Virus record (IMG/VR): IMGVR_UViG_3300045988_120811
Location: 1-64,000 of that record
Direction: 5' to 3' (one strand)
DNA from: a virus
Length of the DNA: 64,000 nt
The notes under the pieces were generated by a model. It had not been told where the DNA came from. It did no database searches and saw nothing but the letters and a program-made list of their open reading frames with translations. This document shows positions 9,656 to 20,040 of the stretch, in pieces (the first letter of the stretch is position 1; every line of letters begins with the position of its first letter). Both the position numbers and the translations under genes were made by a program.

Positions 9656-10552
9656 ATGGAAACTGCAAACAAACTAACTTATTTAAGTACAAAATTCTTT
9701 ACAGAAAACAAAGAAGAATACAGAATAACAGTCACAGTATCTTTAGATGATGATTGTCATAGCAATATGTGTGACTGGAGCGTAACAGCCGATGTTAGAT
9801 GGAAAAATCAACGTGGACAATACAAGGAGTATATGGGAGGCTGCTGTCACGATGAAGTTGCAAAACATTTTCCGGAATTGGCAAAATTCATATCGTTGCA
9901 TCTTTGTAACCATTATGGTGCTCCTATGTATCCGGTGGAAAATGGCATATATCACGTTAGAAGAAGTGGCATGTCTGTAGCAATGGAGTATTTGCGTATA
10001 TCAGAACAAGAATGCGCAGAATTATATAAAGCCTCTGAGGATGAGTTGTATTTCAAGTATCAGCTTTTCAATCTTGGGATTGTGGATAGATGGAAAAGAG
10101 AATCAGAAGAGCTTATTGCGGAACTTGAAAAATTGTGTGGAAAGAAGTGGGTTAATCCATATAAGCCGGAAGAAGAAAGATTTGTTTTAACACTAACGGA
10201 CGAGGAACGATCTCTTATTGAAGAGCGTATTAAAGCCGGGCATTATTCCTCAGAAAATATAGAGAAACGCAGAGTGGAAGCCCATAAAGCAAAGATGGCG
10301 GCAAAACGTGCTGAAATTTGTGAGCGATACGATAAAAAAATCAGACAAGCAGAAGCAGAAAAGAAGATAATACTCTGTGTGTTTGATTATGGATTGCCAA
10401 TTAATAATGTTATATATTATCCTCACACGAACACTTTATTTTTCAACTGGAACGATTATGGAGGAAAAATCACACAGGAAGAGTTTGATGATTTTGTGAA
10501 TAACGTAGACCGCTCTCAGTTGCCGGAAGGCATCAAGTTTGAACTTAAATAA
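9656..10552 (+). CDS. Cys/His-rich hypothetical protein (298 aa)
   Basis: CDWS...GGCCHDE...HLCNHYG cluster followed by charged coiled-coil-like segment. Confidence 0.6.
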   Translation: METANKLTYLSTKFFTENKEEYRITVTVSLDDDCHSNMCDWSVTADVRWKNQRGQYKEYMGGCCHDEVAKHFPELAKFISLHLCNHYGAPMYPVENGIYHVRRSGMSVAMEYLRISEQECAELYKASEDELYFKYQLFNLGIVDRWKRESEELIAELEKLCGKKWVNPYKPEEERFVLTLTDEERSLIEERIKAGHYSSENIEKRRVEAHKAKMAAKRAEICERYDKKIRQAEAEKKIILCVFDYGLPINNVIYYPHTNTLFFNWNDYGGKITQEEFDDFVNNVDRSQLPEGIKFELK

Positions 10553-10560
10553 TACAGGAT

Positions 10561-10851
10561 ATGGAAAAGTTGGATTTTGAAACGTTACTTCGTGTCGTAA
10601 TATGGGATTACAACCGTTGTTTTAAAGATGAATCGTTGGACAAGGATTTGTTCATAGAAAAATACGGGAAAGTTATTGGAGAACATTATTACAATAAGTT
10701 TGTCCATGAGTTTAACGGGAATATCCTGAAGATGATTGGTTACTTCAGAGGTTCCGAAAAAGAGGGGCAAATTTTCTGCGATATGATAACCGAACGTATT
10801 GAAAAATACGAAAAAAGAATGTCATATGATAAAGGTAAGTTGAACAATTAA
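10561..10851 (+). CDS. hypothetical protein (96 aa)
   Basis: ORF. Confidence 0.5.
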   Translation: MEKLDFETLLRVVIWDYNRCFKDESLDKDLFIEKYGKVIGEHYYNKFVHEFNGNILKMIGYFRGSEKEGQIFCDMITERIEKYEKRMSYDKGKLNN

Positions 10852-10863
10852 AAAGATATTTAT

Positions 10864-11928
10864 ATGAACAATTCAATGGTCGCTCACTTGTGGGCTCATG
10901 AACAAAAAGAATCAGCGAATGGTAGTAACTTCTATTTTGAAGGTGAAAGTATTTACTCCTATGGAAGACATTTTGAAATCGGAAGAATCGTACGGAACAA
11001 GCGTGGAGAAAAGGCGTATTTGATTAATGATACATACTATTCTTCTACTACAAGCAAGCATCAATATTATGTTCGTGAAGCAATACCAACTGGCTCAAAG
11101 GTGTTCTATGTTGAATATAATATATCATATTGTATCGGTAACATGCTCTTTGTTACCAATATGTTGGAATGTATTAAAGATGCTATTGAAAAATACAAGA
11201 AAGCCAGAACCGAATTGTCTTATCGGGATGTTTGGGGGAATTTTAAAAATCTGATGGATTATATTGAGTTCTTCGATATGGGGACTTCCCAGCGTCTTCT
11301 TAAAAAGAGCGCAGACAAATGGCTTGGAACTAACCATGAATTATCATATAAATCAGATAAGATTAAACGTGAACATGTCCGTGAGTTGAAACGTGTTTTC
11401 CAGATATTATTGAATCATCAAGCACTGGAAGTCCTTGGAACCGTTATTGTGATTGTAGATGAAGTTTGTGGTGAAGGAACTTGGTTGAAATATCGGGAAA
11501 GAGTTGAAAAATATAGAATAAATATAGAAGCAAAACAGGAAAAAAAGCGAAGGGCAAGGGAAGAAGAATTAGACAAATTTCGTAAGGATTTTTATGAAAA
11601 ATTAGAAAAATGGAAGTCGGGAGAACTTGATTTCTTGCATTCATATTATTTTATTGATTGTGCTGACGTAAATGCTTGGATGCGCATAAAAGGGGGAATT
11701 ATTGAAACGAGCAAACAAATAAAAATCGGGATAGAAGAAGCCAGAAGGATGTGGCAGATGGTGTCACTGTTGCACCGGGGAGGCCCGTTCCGGCACGGTC
11801 TGATGGAGGACGTCACCGGTCACCAGTGGAGCATAAACCGGTATGAAAACGATATACTGACAGCCGGGTGTCATCGCATTGCATATAGCGAGATGGAAGG
11901 CATTGCTAAACAACTGGGATGGGTGTAG
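10864..11928 (+). CDS. hypothetical protein (354 aa)
   Basis: long ORF; GC-rich island at 11745-11830 with CGG Arg codons. Confidence 0.65.
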   Translation: MNNSMVAHLWAHEQKESANGSNFYFEGESIYSYGRHFEIGRIVRNKRGEKAYLINDTYYSSTTSKHQYYVREAIPTGSKVFYVEYNISYCIGNMLFVTNMLECIKDAIEKYKKARTELSYRDVWGNFKNLMDYIEFFDMGTSQRLLKKSADKWLGTNHELSYKSDKIKREHVRELKRVFQILLNHQALEVLGTVIVIVDEVCGEGTWLKYRERVEKYRINIEAKQEKKRRAREEELDKFRKDFYEKLEKWKSGELDFLHSYYFIDCADVNAWMRIKGGIIETSKQIKIGIEEARRMWQMVSLLHRGGPFRHGLMEDVTGHQWSINRYENDILTAGCHRIAYSEMEGIAKQLGWV

Positions 11929-12767
11929 GTAACCCATCTTATTTTATAACAACTAAAAACAAGAAAAATATGAAAAATGCAATTATTGTTCCGTTTGATT
12001 TAAATACGGCAAGAATGATTAAAAACGGAGAAATAGAAGGTTCGGTATTAATTGGTAATATTGAAATAGAATTTGTATATGAGTCGAAAAACTGTTCAGG
12101 TCCTTATAATTTACTTTTTGTAAAAAAAGATGAATCTGGGATAAGTGCTATATATGCCGATACAGAAGGTCGTACTTTTTTCAACAACGATCTGGAATTG
12201 GAAGTAGAGGCTGGAGCGTATTTCAAGAAAGGAGATATATTAATAAGCACGCTTGGGAACCCATTTATATATAATGGTATTATTAATAGAGAAGGAGATA
12301 TGGGGTGCATATATGGTATATCGGCATATGGCGAGATTACATCTGAAGAAGTTCTAATATGGACAAGTGTGCGTAGTGAGGATAAATCCAAGTATGTTAG
12401 ATTAGCCACAGAGGAAGAGAAAAAATCTTTTGCTGAAAGAATTGCTAATACAGAAAACCTTAAAAAAGCAGGAATAATAAAACAATATCTAAGTGAGTAC
12501 GAATACTTGCTGACTAAAGAAAAGAAATGCGATTTTAAGCCATTCGATCAAGTATTGGTGAGAGCAAGTAATTTGGGAAATTGGAATCTACACTTATTTG
12601 CCAGAGTAAGAGAAGAAGAATACAAATATGAATGCTTGGGAGGTTTGAGATACAAAGAGTGTATTCCATACCAAGGGAACGAACATCTATATAACGAAGA
12701 GACATCTCAATTCGAATCCCCTGAACAAGCTCAAGAATATTTGGAATATGTTCAATCTATGCTGTAA
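11919..12767 (+). CDS. hypothetical protein (282 aa; true start may be the internal ATG near 11970)
   Basis: ORF; first ATG overlaps upstream gene. Confidence 0.55.
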   Translation: MGVGNPSYFITTKNKKNMKNAIIVPFDLNTARMIKNGEIEGSVLIGNIEIEFVYESKNCSGPYNLLFVKKDESGISAIYADTEGRTFFNNDLELEVEAGAYFKKGDILISTLGNPFIYNGIINREGDMGCIYGISAYGEITSEEVLIWTSVRSEDKSKYVRLATEEEKKSFAERIANTENLKKAGIIKQYLSEYEYLLTKEKKCDFKPFDQVLVRASNLGNWNLHLFARVREEEYKYECLGGLRYKECIPYQGNEHLYNEETSQFESPEQAQEYLEYVQSML

Positions 12768-12780
12768 AATTTAAAAAGAA

Positions 12781-13116
12781 ATGAAACGAGAAGATATTGA
12801 AAAAGCAGCAAAAGATTATACCATAGGTAAAACACATTTTCGGCGAAACGTTCTCAAAGAAGTGGATGCAAACAATTATGTTTTACGCAAGGATAATTGC
12901 TGTGAAGACTTCATGGCGGGTGTAGAATGGCGCATCAACAGTGCGTGGCATGATGCAAGCGAAACACCACAACACAGTGGAATGTTGATTGCTATTAAAC
13001 AAGATGGAACTCCTATTGTCTGTGGGCCAAATAACTCTAATTGGAAAATAGCTGTTAGAATTTTCCATATCGTAAGATGGGCCTACATCGAAGATTTACT
13101 GCCTATTACATGTTGA
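12781..13116 (+). CDS. hypothetical protein (111 aa)
   Basis: ORF. Confidence 0.5.
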   Translation: MKREDIEKAAKDYTIGKTHFRRNVLKEVDANNYVLRKDNCCEDFMAGVEWRINSAWHDASETPQHSGMLIAIKQDGTPIVCGPNNSNWKIAVRIFHIVRWAYIEDLLPITC

Positions 13117-13137
13117 ATAATATATTTTCACGAGATC

Positions 13138-13341
13138 ATGACCGATAGAGAGCTTCTTGAAGAAAACAATAAAATGCTAAAGGAAATTCTAAGTTTTGTG
13201 AGAAAAGTTGATTCTGCTGAATACAGGGATCATCAAGACTTTATGGAATTTCTTAGAAATGTGGCAGCCGATATATGGGTAGAATATACGGAGCCTGAAC
13301 AAAGAGGTAGATTGTTTAATTTAATAAATAAAAAGAAATGA
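13138..13341 (+). CDS. hypothetical protein (67 aa)
   Basis: ORF; ATGA coupling to next. Confidence 0.45.
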   Translation: MTDRELLEENNKMLKEILSFVRKVDSAEYRDHQDFMEFLRNVAADIWVEYTEPEQRGRLFNLINKKK

Positions 13342-14006
13342 AAACAGTTTTTGATTTAAGCAGAGATGAGATTGTGTCATTGACATGCAAAGAGATATAT
13401 CTGTATATAGACAAAGAGCTTGCTGGTAAAGGTATTCCAATTGAAGCTAAAAATTGGAATATAAAGAACAAAAAAGAAGTCGTGTATCCAAGAATGGGAG
13501 TTCCGGTATTCGTATTAAAAGATATCGGCATCGGTTTTAGAACCATAGAAGGTGCAACTGAGGTGGCTAATTTGCTTGTTAAGTATGATGCATTTAAAAC
13601 AGAATTGAAGTATATGACAGGCTCGTATGAGTCATTTTGGGTTATAAAGGAAAACGTTTGCCCAGCCATTGAAGGAGCAGCAGTATATAGTAAGGAAGAG
13701 TTTGATAAGGTAAACAAGGAAAACAAAGATCCAGAATTGGAAAGTATAAATTCTTTCAATGATACTGTGAAAAAAGCCAATGAAATCAAAGATAGGGTGT
13801 TGAAATACGTGTACAACATAAAACAAGAGCGTTCATACAACAATGACCTGGTTGGTATCTTTGAAAGGTATAAAGATATAGCAGACGGTGACATGGAAGT
13901 AGCTATGAATTTTATTAAGGAGGCTTATCCGTTCAATGAAGAAACAGAGTCGTTTATCAGAAAAAAGTTTGACATGCCTATACCGGGCGAATCAAAAGAG
14001 CAGTAA
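13338..14006 (+). CDS. hypothetical protein (222 aa)
   Basis: ORF. Confidence 0.6.
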   Translation: MKTVFDLSRDEIVSLTCKEIYLYIDKELAGKGIPIEAKNWNIKNKKEVVYPRMGVPVFVLKDIGIGFRTIEGATEVANLLVKYDAFKTELKYMTGSYESFWVIKENVCPAIEGAAVYSKEEFDKVNKENKDPELESINSFNDTVKKANEIKDRVLKYVYNIKQERSYNNDLVGIFERYKDIADGDMEVAMNFIKEAYPFNEETESFIRKKFDMPIPGESKEQ

Positions 14007-14053
14007 TTAAGCTAAATTAGATCATTTTGAATCTTTTTTATTATCAAAAGACA

Positions 14054-14061
14054 TATCTTTG
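14054..14061 (+). promoter_or_regulatory. Bacteroidetes-type -7 promoter element TAtcTTTG
   Basis: exact TATCTTTG 17 nt upstream of ATG at 14079 in a 72-nt intergenic gap. Confidence 0.45.
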
Positions 14062-14078
14062 TCCAAAAAACAAACAGA

Positions 14079-14333
14079 ATGGAAGAAAAAGAGATAAAGA
14101 ATGCTATGATTGAAGCCCTGACGCACTTAGAAGGGTGTAAGTATTTCGTGGCTACGATAGTGAATGAAGAGGAAAGAAGATTTGATATGAGCCAAAGAAT
14201 GTCACAGTATCAATTGGCGTTAGTTATAAAAAGCATCTTATCTAATAATGAGATGATGATGATGGATGTTTTGCAATGGTGTTCTGAAAGATTTAAAAAC
14301 AGTATAGAGAAAGGAAAGAAATCAACTAATTAA
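14079..14333 (+). CDS. hypothetical protein (84 aa)
   Basis: ORF downstream of predicted promoter. Confidence 0.5.
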   Translation: MEEKEIKNAMIEALTHLEGCKYFVATIVNEEERRFDMSQRMSQYQLALVIKSILSNNEMMMMDVLQWCSERFKNSIEKGKKSTN

Positions 14334-14344
14334 ATATTAATACA

Positions 14345-14815
14345 ATGAATCGCTGGTTTGAAATTACGGTAAAAGCCAAGATTGATAATATCGAGAACGG
14401 CAAAAAAAAGAAAGTAACTGAAAAGTATTTGGTAGATGCCTTGTCTTACACAGAGGCAGAATCAAGATCGTTGGAGATCTTTAAGGATTTGTACAATTCT
14501 TTCGAGGTTGTAAAAATTAATCCTATTAAAGTGTCGGAAATCTTCTTCAACGGAGAAGCTGAGTACTGGTATAAGTGTAAGGTTAATTACATTACACTGG
14601 ATGAAAAGAAAGGCAAAGAAAAGAAAACACCATACTATATGTATGTCCAGGCCGGAAATCCGAAAGACGCTGAGGCTGTGTTAACTAAGGGCATGCAAGG
14701 TACGTTGGGCGACTGGAATTGCGAGGCTATTGCAGAAACGAAAATCATTGAAGTGTTTAAATACGATCTGCAAAAAGGCGTAGAAAAATTGGGAGAAAAG
14801 AAAACTGATGAGTGA
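14345..14815 (+). CDS. hypothetical protein (156 aa)
   Basis: ORF. Confidence 0.55.
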   Translation: MNRWFEITVKAKIDNIENGKKKKVTEKYLVDALSYTEAESRSLEIFKDLYNSFEVVKINPIKVSEIFFNGEAEYWYKCKVNYITLDEKKGKEKKTPYYMYVQAGNPKDAEAVLTKGMQGTLGDWNCEAIAETKIIEVFKYDLQKGVEKLGEKKTDE

Positions 14816-15059
14816 TGTTGTTTCCCGTGTAGCACTTGCGACGGCAATTGTATTATTGGTAGTAGCAGGTGCTACTTTACTGATAGTGATTAAGACAGAA
14901 GAGGTACCAAGATGGTTAATGAACTTACCATATACGTTGTCTTTAACGGCGGTATCCTTTTCAACTATATCACTTGTATCTAAATATATATCGCTTGTAT
15001 CTAAATATAGAAAGTGGAAAAGAAATTGTACGCCTGTGAACGATGCGGACGAAAAGTGA
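14808..15059 (+). CDS. small membrane protein (83 aa)
   Basis: hydrophobic stretch VALATAIVLLVVAGATLLIVI; contains a 20-bp tandem duplication (SLVSKYISLVSKY). Confidence 0.5.
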   Translation: MSDVVSRVALATAIVLLVVAGATLLIVIKTEEVPRWLMNLPYTLSLTAVSFSTISLVSKYISLVSKYRKWKRNCTPVNDADEK

Positions 15060-15529
15060 TGATAAGAAGTCATGGCTTATGCCAGGCTTGCAGGAGCAAA
15101 GAGTTGACTCTGAAGAAAAAAAACAGAATTACATCCATTAAAAACAGCAGCAAGAAGAAAAAGTTAGAGAACCCGGATTTATCCGGGTTTTTTCGTCTTA
15201 TGTTGGAGGAGTTGGGTAGCATTCGAATGTCTATGACTGGTAAGGCTATTCATTTTCCTACAGTATGTAACGTCTGTCACATACTTCCGAAAAGGATATA
15301 TAAGTCGGTTGCTACTTGCAGGGATAATATAGTTTTCCTACATGAATCGGAGCATACGGTATTCGACATGTATCTTGACAGGATGGAATTTGATAAACTT
15401 GAAACAGAATTTCCTTTTGTGTGGAAGTATGCGGTAAAGAAGGTACTGGATATGGAAAGCAGGGGAATGATTAAAGAAAGAGGTAGATTAATTATTGAAA
15501 TAATTAACAGATATGAGAAAACTTTATAA
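15014..15529 (+). CDS. zinc-ribbon protein with possible HNH-like nuclease motif (171 aa)
   Basis: N-terminal CERCG...CQAC; later CNVCH-x14-N-x5-HESEH spacing resembles an HNH core. Confidence 0.3.
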   Translation: MEKKLYACERCGRKVMIRSHGLCQACRSKELTLKKKNRITSIKNSSKKKKLENPDLSGFFRLMLEELGSIRMSMTGKAIHFPTVCNVCHILPKRIYKSVATCRDNIVFLHESEHTVFDMYLDRMEFDKLETEFPFVWKYAVKKVLDMESRGMIKERGRLIIEIINRYEKTL

Positions 15530-15685
15530 AATAAGAATAGAAGCTGACGATGAAACTATCTTTTATGCTCACATACAAAGAGAGAGTTATGGTAAGGATA
15601 TAGCTATCGCAGTGAAAGATAGAGATAAAGATGAAGTGGAAACGGTGTTACATTGTATTAAAGAAGAATTAATTAGAGGAAGATC

Positions 15686-17005
15686 ATGAAAGAAAAAATA
15701 AAAATATTGACAGATTTAGGGTTTGTGCCTATGGTAGAAGGAGAAGGAAATACGTTGTTTAGAATGAACGATGTTGTGATGTCGGTGTCAGATCCTAATC
15801 AAACACCGGAGCAATTGAGAAAGGAAGTTATGTCTTTAATAAAAAACAAAGATATAGCAGAAAGAGGCGGACAGGTTCCAGTAGTTAAAGAGCCGGCGCC
15901 TGAGCCAGAGCAGGCCCAGAAGGAGGAGGAACCGGAAGCTCCGGCGGAGGAAGCCGCTCCTAACCCTGGAGAAGAAGATTCGAATCCGTTTACAGAAAAT
16001 CAAGAAACGTTAGAGCCGTTTTATATCTGCGATGAGTTGAAGAAGATTGAGACTCCCAAATTCGTAAGATTGACATTAGACGATAATCGTTTTTATGTAA
16101 GGAAGATGGATGATGGAACGGCCAAGATATATGCTTCAGTAACAACTTTAATCAAAGATGGGTATGTAGATGATAAGACCGCACTTCAGGAATGGAAGCA
16201 AGAGATGAAGATGCTTGGTCGCAATCCGGAAGAGGTGGCGCAGTATGAGGCTGACAGGGGAACGATCATGCACTACTTATACGGATTGTACCTAACAGGT
16301 AGAGATATGGTCTTAAATCGAAGTTTTGTAGTTAAGACAGTGCAAGAAGGCAAGCTGAAGATATCTAAGAAAAATCTTGATCGGTTTTTTAACAGTATTG
16401 ATGATCTTGATGATATGATTGTCAGAATTATGAAGTTTGCCAAATTTTGTTCGGAGTATAAGGTTAAGCCGATGATGATTGAAAGAATATTGTCATTAGA
16501 AGACTATTTGGTAGCTACGCCGATAGATGCGATGGTTAAAATGACATTCAAATACAAAGAAGAAGGTTATTTTGGAGCCGTGTATCAAAGGGCCACAGGG
16601 CAGTTCAAAAAAGGTGATCCGAAGAAGGAGGTAAGAGACGTGGAGAAGGAAGAAGTGGTTATTCTCGACTTTAAATCAGGGGGAATATGGGAATCATACG
16701 CATTTCAATTAGAAGCTGAAAGAAGAATGGTTAAAGCATGGTATGGGATTGATGCACGTATTATGAACTTTTCTCCAAAAAGCACGAGCAGCAAAGGATA
16801 TACGTTGAAAGAATGGACAGAAGACAGTATAGCACTTGAAAAGGCGGACTGCGTGTTCCAACAAGGTATGTTGAATCACCTTAGAAAAGATAAGAAGTTC
16901 AAAGTGAGAAAAGGAGTGCTGAATATCAATAAGCCGTACAATGAAGAGGATCATACGGTCGTGTATGATATTGCAGAGGAAATGTCTAAAAGATTCATAA
17001 TATGA
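15686..17005 (+). CDS. PD-(D/E)xK family nuclease (RecB/Cas4-like fold), 439 aa
   Basis: C-terminal motifs ATPIDAMVK, VVILDFKSGG (iDyKtG-like) and FQLEAE (QxxxY-like); Pro/Glu-rich linker in N-terminal part. Confidence 0.5.
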   Translation: MKEKIKILTDLGFVPMVEGEGNTLFRMNDVVMSVSDPNQTPEQLRKEVMSLIKNKDIAERGGQVPVVKEPAPEPEQAQKEEEPEAPAEEAAPNPGEEDSNPFTENQETLEPFYICDELKKIETPKFVRLTLDDNRFYVRKMDDGTAKIYASVTTLIKDGYVDDKTALQEWKQEMKMLGRNPEEVAQYEADRGTIMHYLYGLYLTGRDMVLNRSFVVKTVQEGKLKISKKNLDRFFNSIDDLDDMIVRIMKFAKFCSEYKVKPMMIERILSLEDYLVATPIDAMVKMTFKYKEEGYFGAVYQRATGQFKKGDPKKEVRDVEKEEVVILDFKSGGIWESYAFQLEAERRMVKAWYGIDARIMNFSPKSTSSKGYTLKEWTEDSIALEKADCVFQQGMLNHLRKDKKFKVRKGVLNINKPYNEEDHTVVYDIAEEMSKRFII

Positions 17006-17235
17006 ACGATATTGTTATTCCTGAAGGAGATTATATAGAAATCGTAAAACCGATATGCATCAATCCTTTTGGTGATTATTTTATTAACATCAAAAGGGGT
17101 TCGAGATTAAGATTATCGAAAGATTTGAAAATAGGAGATAAATATGCAATATGTGTACTTGCATCTCATAAGAAATATGGCAAGACCATCGAAATAATAA
17201 TGCCTATATTGGTCAGAAATACAAGAAGAGTATGA
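17002..17235 (+). CDS. hypothetical protein (77 aa)
   Basis: ORF; ATGA coupling. Confidence 0.45.
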   Translation: MNDIVIPEGDYIEIVKPICINPFGDYFINIKRGSRLRLSKDLKIGDKYAICVLASHKKYGKTIEIIMPILVRNTRRV

Positions 17236-17582
17236 AGAGAAAAATTAGAAGAACAGGAGAGATAATAGACGTAATCACTTTCAGTAGCTCAACTACAAGA
17301 AGCGACCATGACAGAATACAGTTCTATGGTGATAATGGGAATGTGATAAGTGAGAGTTTAAATTTTTATCTCGATACCCTTCCTGTAAATGACGAAAACA
17401 AAGATGTAGACTGGGAGCAACGTAGATTCGATCTTATCAAGGCTTATTCTATTGAGTTTGTTAAAGCACAAAATAGAAAAGGTGAAATAGATTGCGGAGT
17501 ATATGTACCAGATGTGGTGTCATGGTCTATAACTATAGCAGATAGAATCATAGAGGCGATGAGAGGAGTTAAAAATGCTTGA
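17232..17582 (+). CDS. hypothetical protein (116 aa)
   Basis: ORF. Confidence 0.5.
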   Translation: MKRKIRRTGEIIDVITFSSSTTRSDHDRIQFYGDNGNVISESLNFYLDTLPVNDENKDVDWEQRRFDLIKAYSIEFVKAQNRKGEIDCGVYVPDVVSWSITIADRIIEAMRGVKNA

Positions 17583-18588
17583 TTTTAGAAAATACGAAAA
17601 CGTACCTCGGTTTCAACTTGACCGCAGGCCGGGCAGGAGCCGACTGAAGCTAACCTGCCCGGCTTGCGGAAAAAGCCGGTGCCTCACTCCTTATATTGAT
17701 GTGGCAACAGGTCAGGTTGTTGGAAACGAGTTCGGAAGATGTGATCATGAACGGACTTGCGGTTATGACAAACGGCCTACCGGCAAGGATGTGGGCGACA
17801 AAGATCTTTGGATTTCTGGGAATAAGTGTATAAGAGCTTATCGCCCTCCTGTAAATCCTGATGTTGTAAATTACATACCTTTTAGCGAGTTTGAGAGGAC
17901 TGTGGTTCCAGATGATAGAAATACTGTGTTTAGGTTTTTATCGTCTCTATGGGGAAAAGAAAGGGTATCTGACGTGTTTAGAAGATATCATGTCGGAACA
18001 ATGGACTTATGGGGATGGAAAGGGTGTTGTATATTCTGGCAGATAGATAAGGATTTTGTATGTAGAACTGGCAAAATCATGGACTTTTATATAAAGACCG
18101 ACAGCCAGGGTAATGAGATTGATGTAAAAAGAGTGAAGGAAAAAGAAGGTGACAATGAACGACCTCATGTTATGTTTTATCACTCGTTGCATGCAAGAGA
18201 CTTCTTGTTTAGACAATGCCTGTTCGGAGAGCATCTTCTAAGCCAGTATCCGGATAAGGTGGTTAATCTGGTGGAATCAGAAAAGACGGCTATTATATGC
18301 GCTGTGAATAAACCAGATGAATTATTTGTGGCCACCGGAGGGTTGCAGAATCTAAGGCCGGAAGTGATAGATGTTTTAAAAGATAGAAAGACTGTAGCTT
18401 TTCCGGACAAAGGACAAGCATTTGAGACATGGAGTAAAAAGATAGATGGGATGATGATGAAGTCAAGGATAAAAGTATCAGACTATCTTCAAAATGTTGA
18501 AAATGTAGGAGACGGAGATGATGTGGCAGATTTGATAATTAATAACAAGGTAAAAGAGAAATATCATGAGCCTGGATGTTTATATTAA
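17575..18588 (+). CDS. putative DNA primase (zinc ribbon plus TOPRIM-like region), 337 aa
   Basis: CPACG-x19-CDHERTC zinc-binding module; VNLVESEKTAI...ATGG...AFPDKG resembles the TOPRIM Glu and acidic motif; lies upstream of the helicase gene. Confidence 0.4.
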   Translation: MLDFRKYENVPRFQLDRRPGRSRLKLTCPACGKSRCLTPYIDVATGQVVGNEFGRCDHERTCGYDKRPTGKDVGDKDLWISGNKCIRAYRPPVNPDVVNYIPFSEFERTVVPDDRNTVFRFLSSLWGKERVSDVFRRYHVGTMDLWGWKGCCIFWQIDKDFVCRTGKIMDFYIKTDSQGNEIDVKRVKEKEGDNERPHVMFYHSLHARDFLFRQCLFGEHLLSQYPDKVVNLVESEKTAIICAVNKPDELFVATGGLQNLRPEVIDVLKDRKTVAFPDKGQAFETWSKKIDGMMMKSRIKVSDYLQNVENVGDGDDVADLIINNKVKEKYHEPGCLY

Positions 18589-18901
18589 GAACAAGAAGAA
18601 AGAAGAGGATCGTGAATGGGTTGCAAACATCACCCACAACATGAACAAGATGGCACAAAGAATATTCGTATCGGAAAATAAAGAAACGCTGTACGATTAT
18701 GTTTGGAGACCAGAAGAATTGTATAAAGAAATATATACCAATGAGATGAAGAATGTACTTACAAAAGGTATATGTATTATGATCTCTAAGAGAAAAAGTC
18801 TTTTGAGATACGAGCCGGAAAACGGATGGGGTCTTATGATTCATTTCTTAAGTTTCTTATCGAATATAAAGAGGCGTGTGAAGATAATCCAGGTTATATA
18901 A
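18566..18901 (+). CDS. hypothetical protein (111 aa)
   Basis: ORF. Confidence 0.5.
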   Translation: MSLDVYIKNKKKEEDREWVANITHNMNKMAQRIFVSENKETLYDYVWRPEELYKEIYTNEMKNVLTKGICIMISKRKSLLRYEPENGWGLMIHFLSFLSNIKRRVKIIQVI

Positions 18902-19177
18902 TTGAAGCAAGCAGATAATATGAAAAATTACAAAAACACTTTAAACGAGGTAGTGGTGATCGAATCGTCACCAGAAACGTATTTTGTTTACGCTATTCGT
19001 AATGCTATTCGTATCTCTAAATGCGCGTATCCGACAGCCAAGAAAGTAATTTTCAAAAGAGAGGACGTAGAGGTAGAGATCTCAGAAATGGAAACTGAAA
19101 GCAGTTTGTATGAAAAGTTTAAAGAAAAACAAAAGAATAGGGTATGGAACTTAATGAGCGCCAACAACGGGTTTTAA
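18902..19177 (+). CDS. hypothetical protein (91 aa)
   Basis: ORF. Confidence 0.45.
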   Translation: MKQADNMKNYKNTLNEVVVIESSPETYFVYAIRNAIRISKCAYPTAKKVIFKREDVEVEISEMETESSLYEKFKEKQKNRVWNLMSANNGF

Positions 19178-19710
19178 GAGGCGAAATTTGTCCTTATTGC
19201 GGAAGAGAAACTGAGCTGGTAAATGCCGATAAAATATATAGCAGAAAAGGCTTAGGGATGGTTATGATGTGCAAACCATGCAACGCTTATGTCGGTGTTC
19301 ATGAATCAGGGCCGAATAAGGGAAAAGCTAAAGGCCGGCTTGCGGGGCCATCACTGAGATCTCTTAAGATAAGAGTCCATGCCGAACTTGACAGACTATG
19401 GTCTACGCCGGAGGAACGGAAAAGGATGTATAAAGATTTATCTGAATTTCTCTCTATACCGGAAGAATACACACATATAGGTATGTTCGGCGAGAAGACG
19501 ATGGGAAAAATCTTTCAGTTCTGTCATGTAAACAAAGAACGATCAGGTTCGAGAATAGAATGGCATAAACCTGGAGATAAGTGCCCTAATAAAAACAATC
19601 AAATAGTGTCAGGCAGTAGCGCATGTAGAGGATGTCCTGAGTATCTTCATGATGAGAAAGACGGATATGTCTGGTGTGATCCTGATATGAGCTACGGCAG
19701 GTTGAAATAG
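19144..19710 (+). CDS. zinc-ribbon protein (188 aa)
   Basis: CPYCG...CKPCN and C-terminal CRGCPEY...C cysteine pairs. Confidence 0.5.
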   Translation: MELNERQQRVLRGEICPYCGRETELVNADKIYSRKGLGMVMMCKPCNAYVGVHESGPNKGKAKGRLAGPSLRSLKIRVHAELDRLWSTPEERKRMYKDLSEFLSIPEEYTHIGMFGEKTMGKIFQFCHVNKERSGSRIEWHKPGDKCPNKNNQIVSGSSACRGCPEYLHDEKDGYVWCDPDMSYGRLK

Positions 19711-19723
19711 GGCGCGAATTGCC

Positions 19724-19731
19724 TATCTTTG
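19724..19731 (+). promoter_or_regulatory. Bacteroidetes-type -7 promoter element TAtcTTTG
   Basis: exact TATCTTTG 30 nt upstream of ATG at 19762 in an intergenic gap. Confidence 0.4.
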
Positions 19732-19761
19732 TGCTATTATTAATCAAAAAAATATAAGCAT

Positions 19762-20040
19762 ATGGGCAGATCAACAGAGTACTACAGGACTCATCCCGAA
19801 GCCAGGAAGAAAAAGGCTAAAAAGGACAAGGAGATAAATGCCAGACCGGAACAGAAAGCCAAACGCCGAGAGCTTGGTCGTAAAAACTACGAAACGGACA
19901 AGAAGAAGGGTAAGGGCTGGAGAAAAGGAAAGGATTGTTCTCATACCAAGAACGGTCTTAGGTATAAATCAGTAAAAGCTAATAGGGGATCCAAATCGGA
20001 TACGAAAGGTGACAAAAATGCAAGAGGAGATAGCAAATAG
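19762..20040 (+). CDS. highly basic K/R-rich small protein (92 aa), possible nucleic-acid-binding
   Basis: more than 35 percent K/R composition. Confidence 0.5.
   Translation: MGRSTEYYRTHPEARKKKAKKDKEINARPEQKAKRRELGRKNYETDKKKGKGWRKGKDCSHTKNGLRYKSVKANRGSKSDTKGDKNARGDSK

Noticed and set aside
14963-15005. 20-bp tandem duplication (tcacttgtatctaaatata / tcgcttgtatctaaatata) inside the membrane-protein gene
   Set aside because: A simple in-frame duplication (SLVSKYISLVSKY); noted but not obviously functional.
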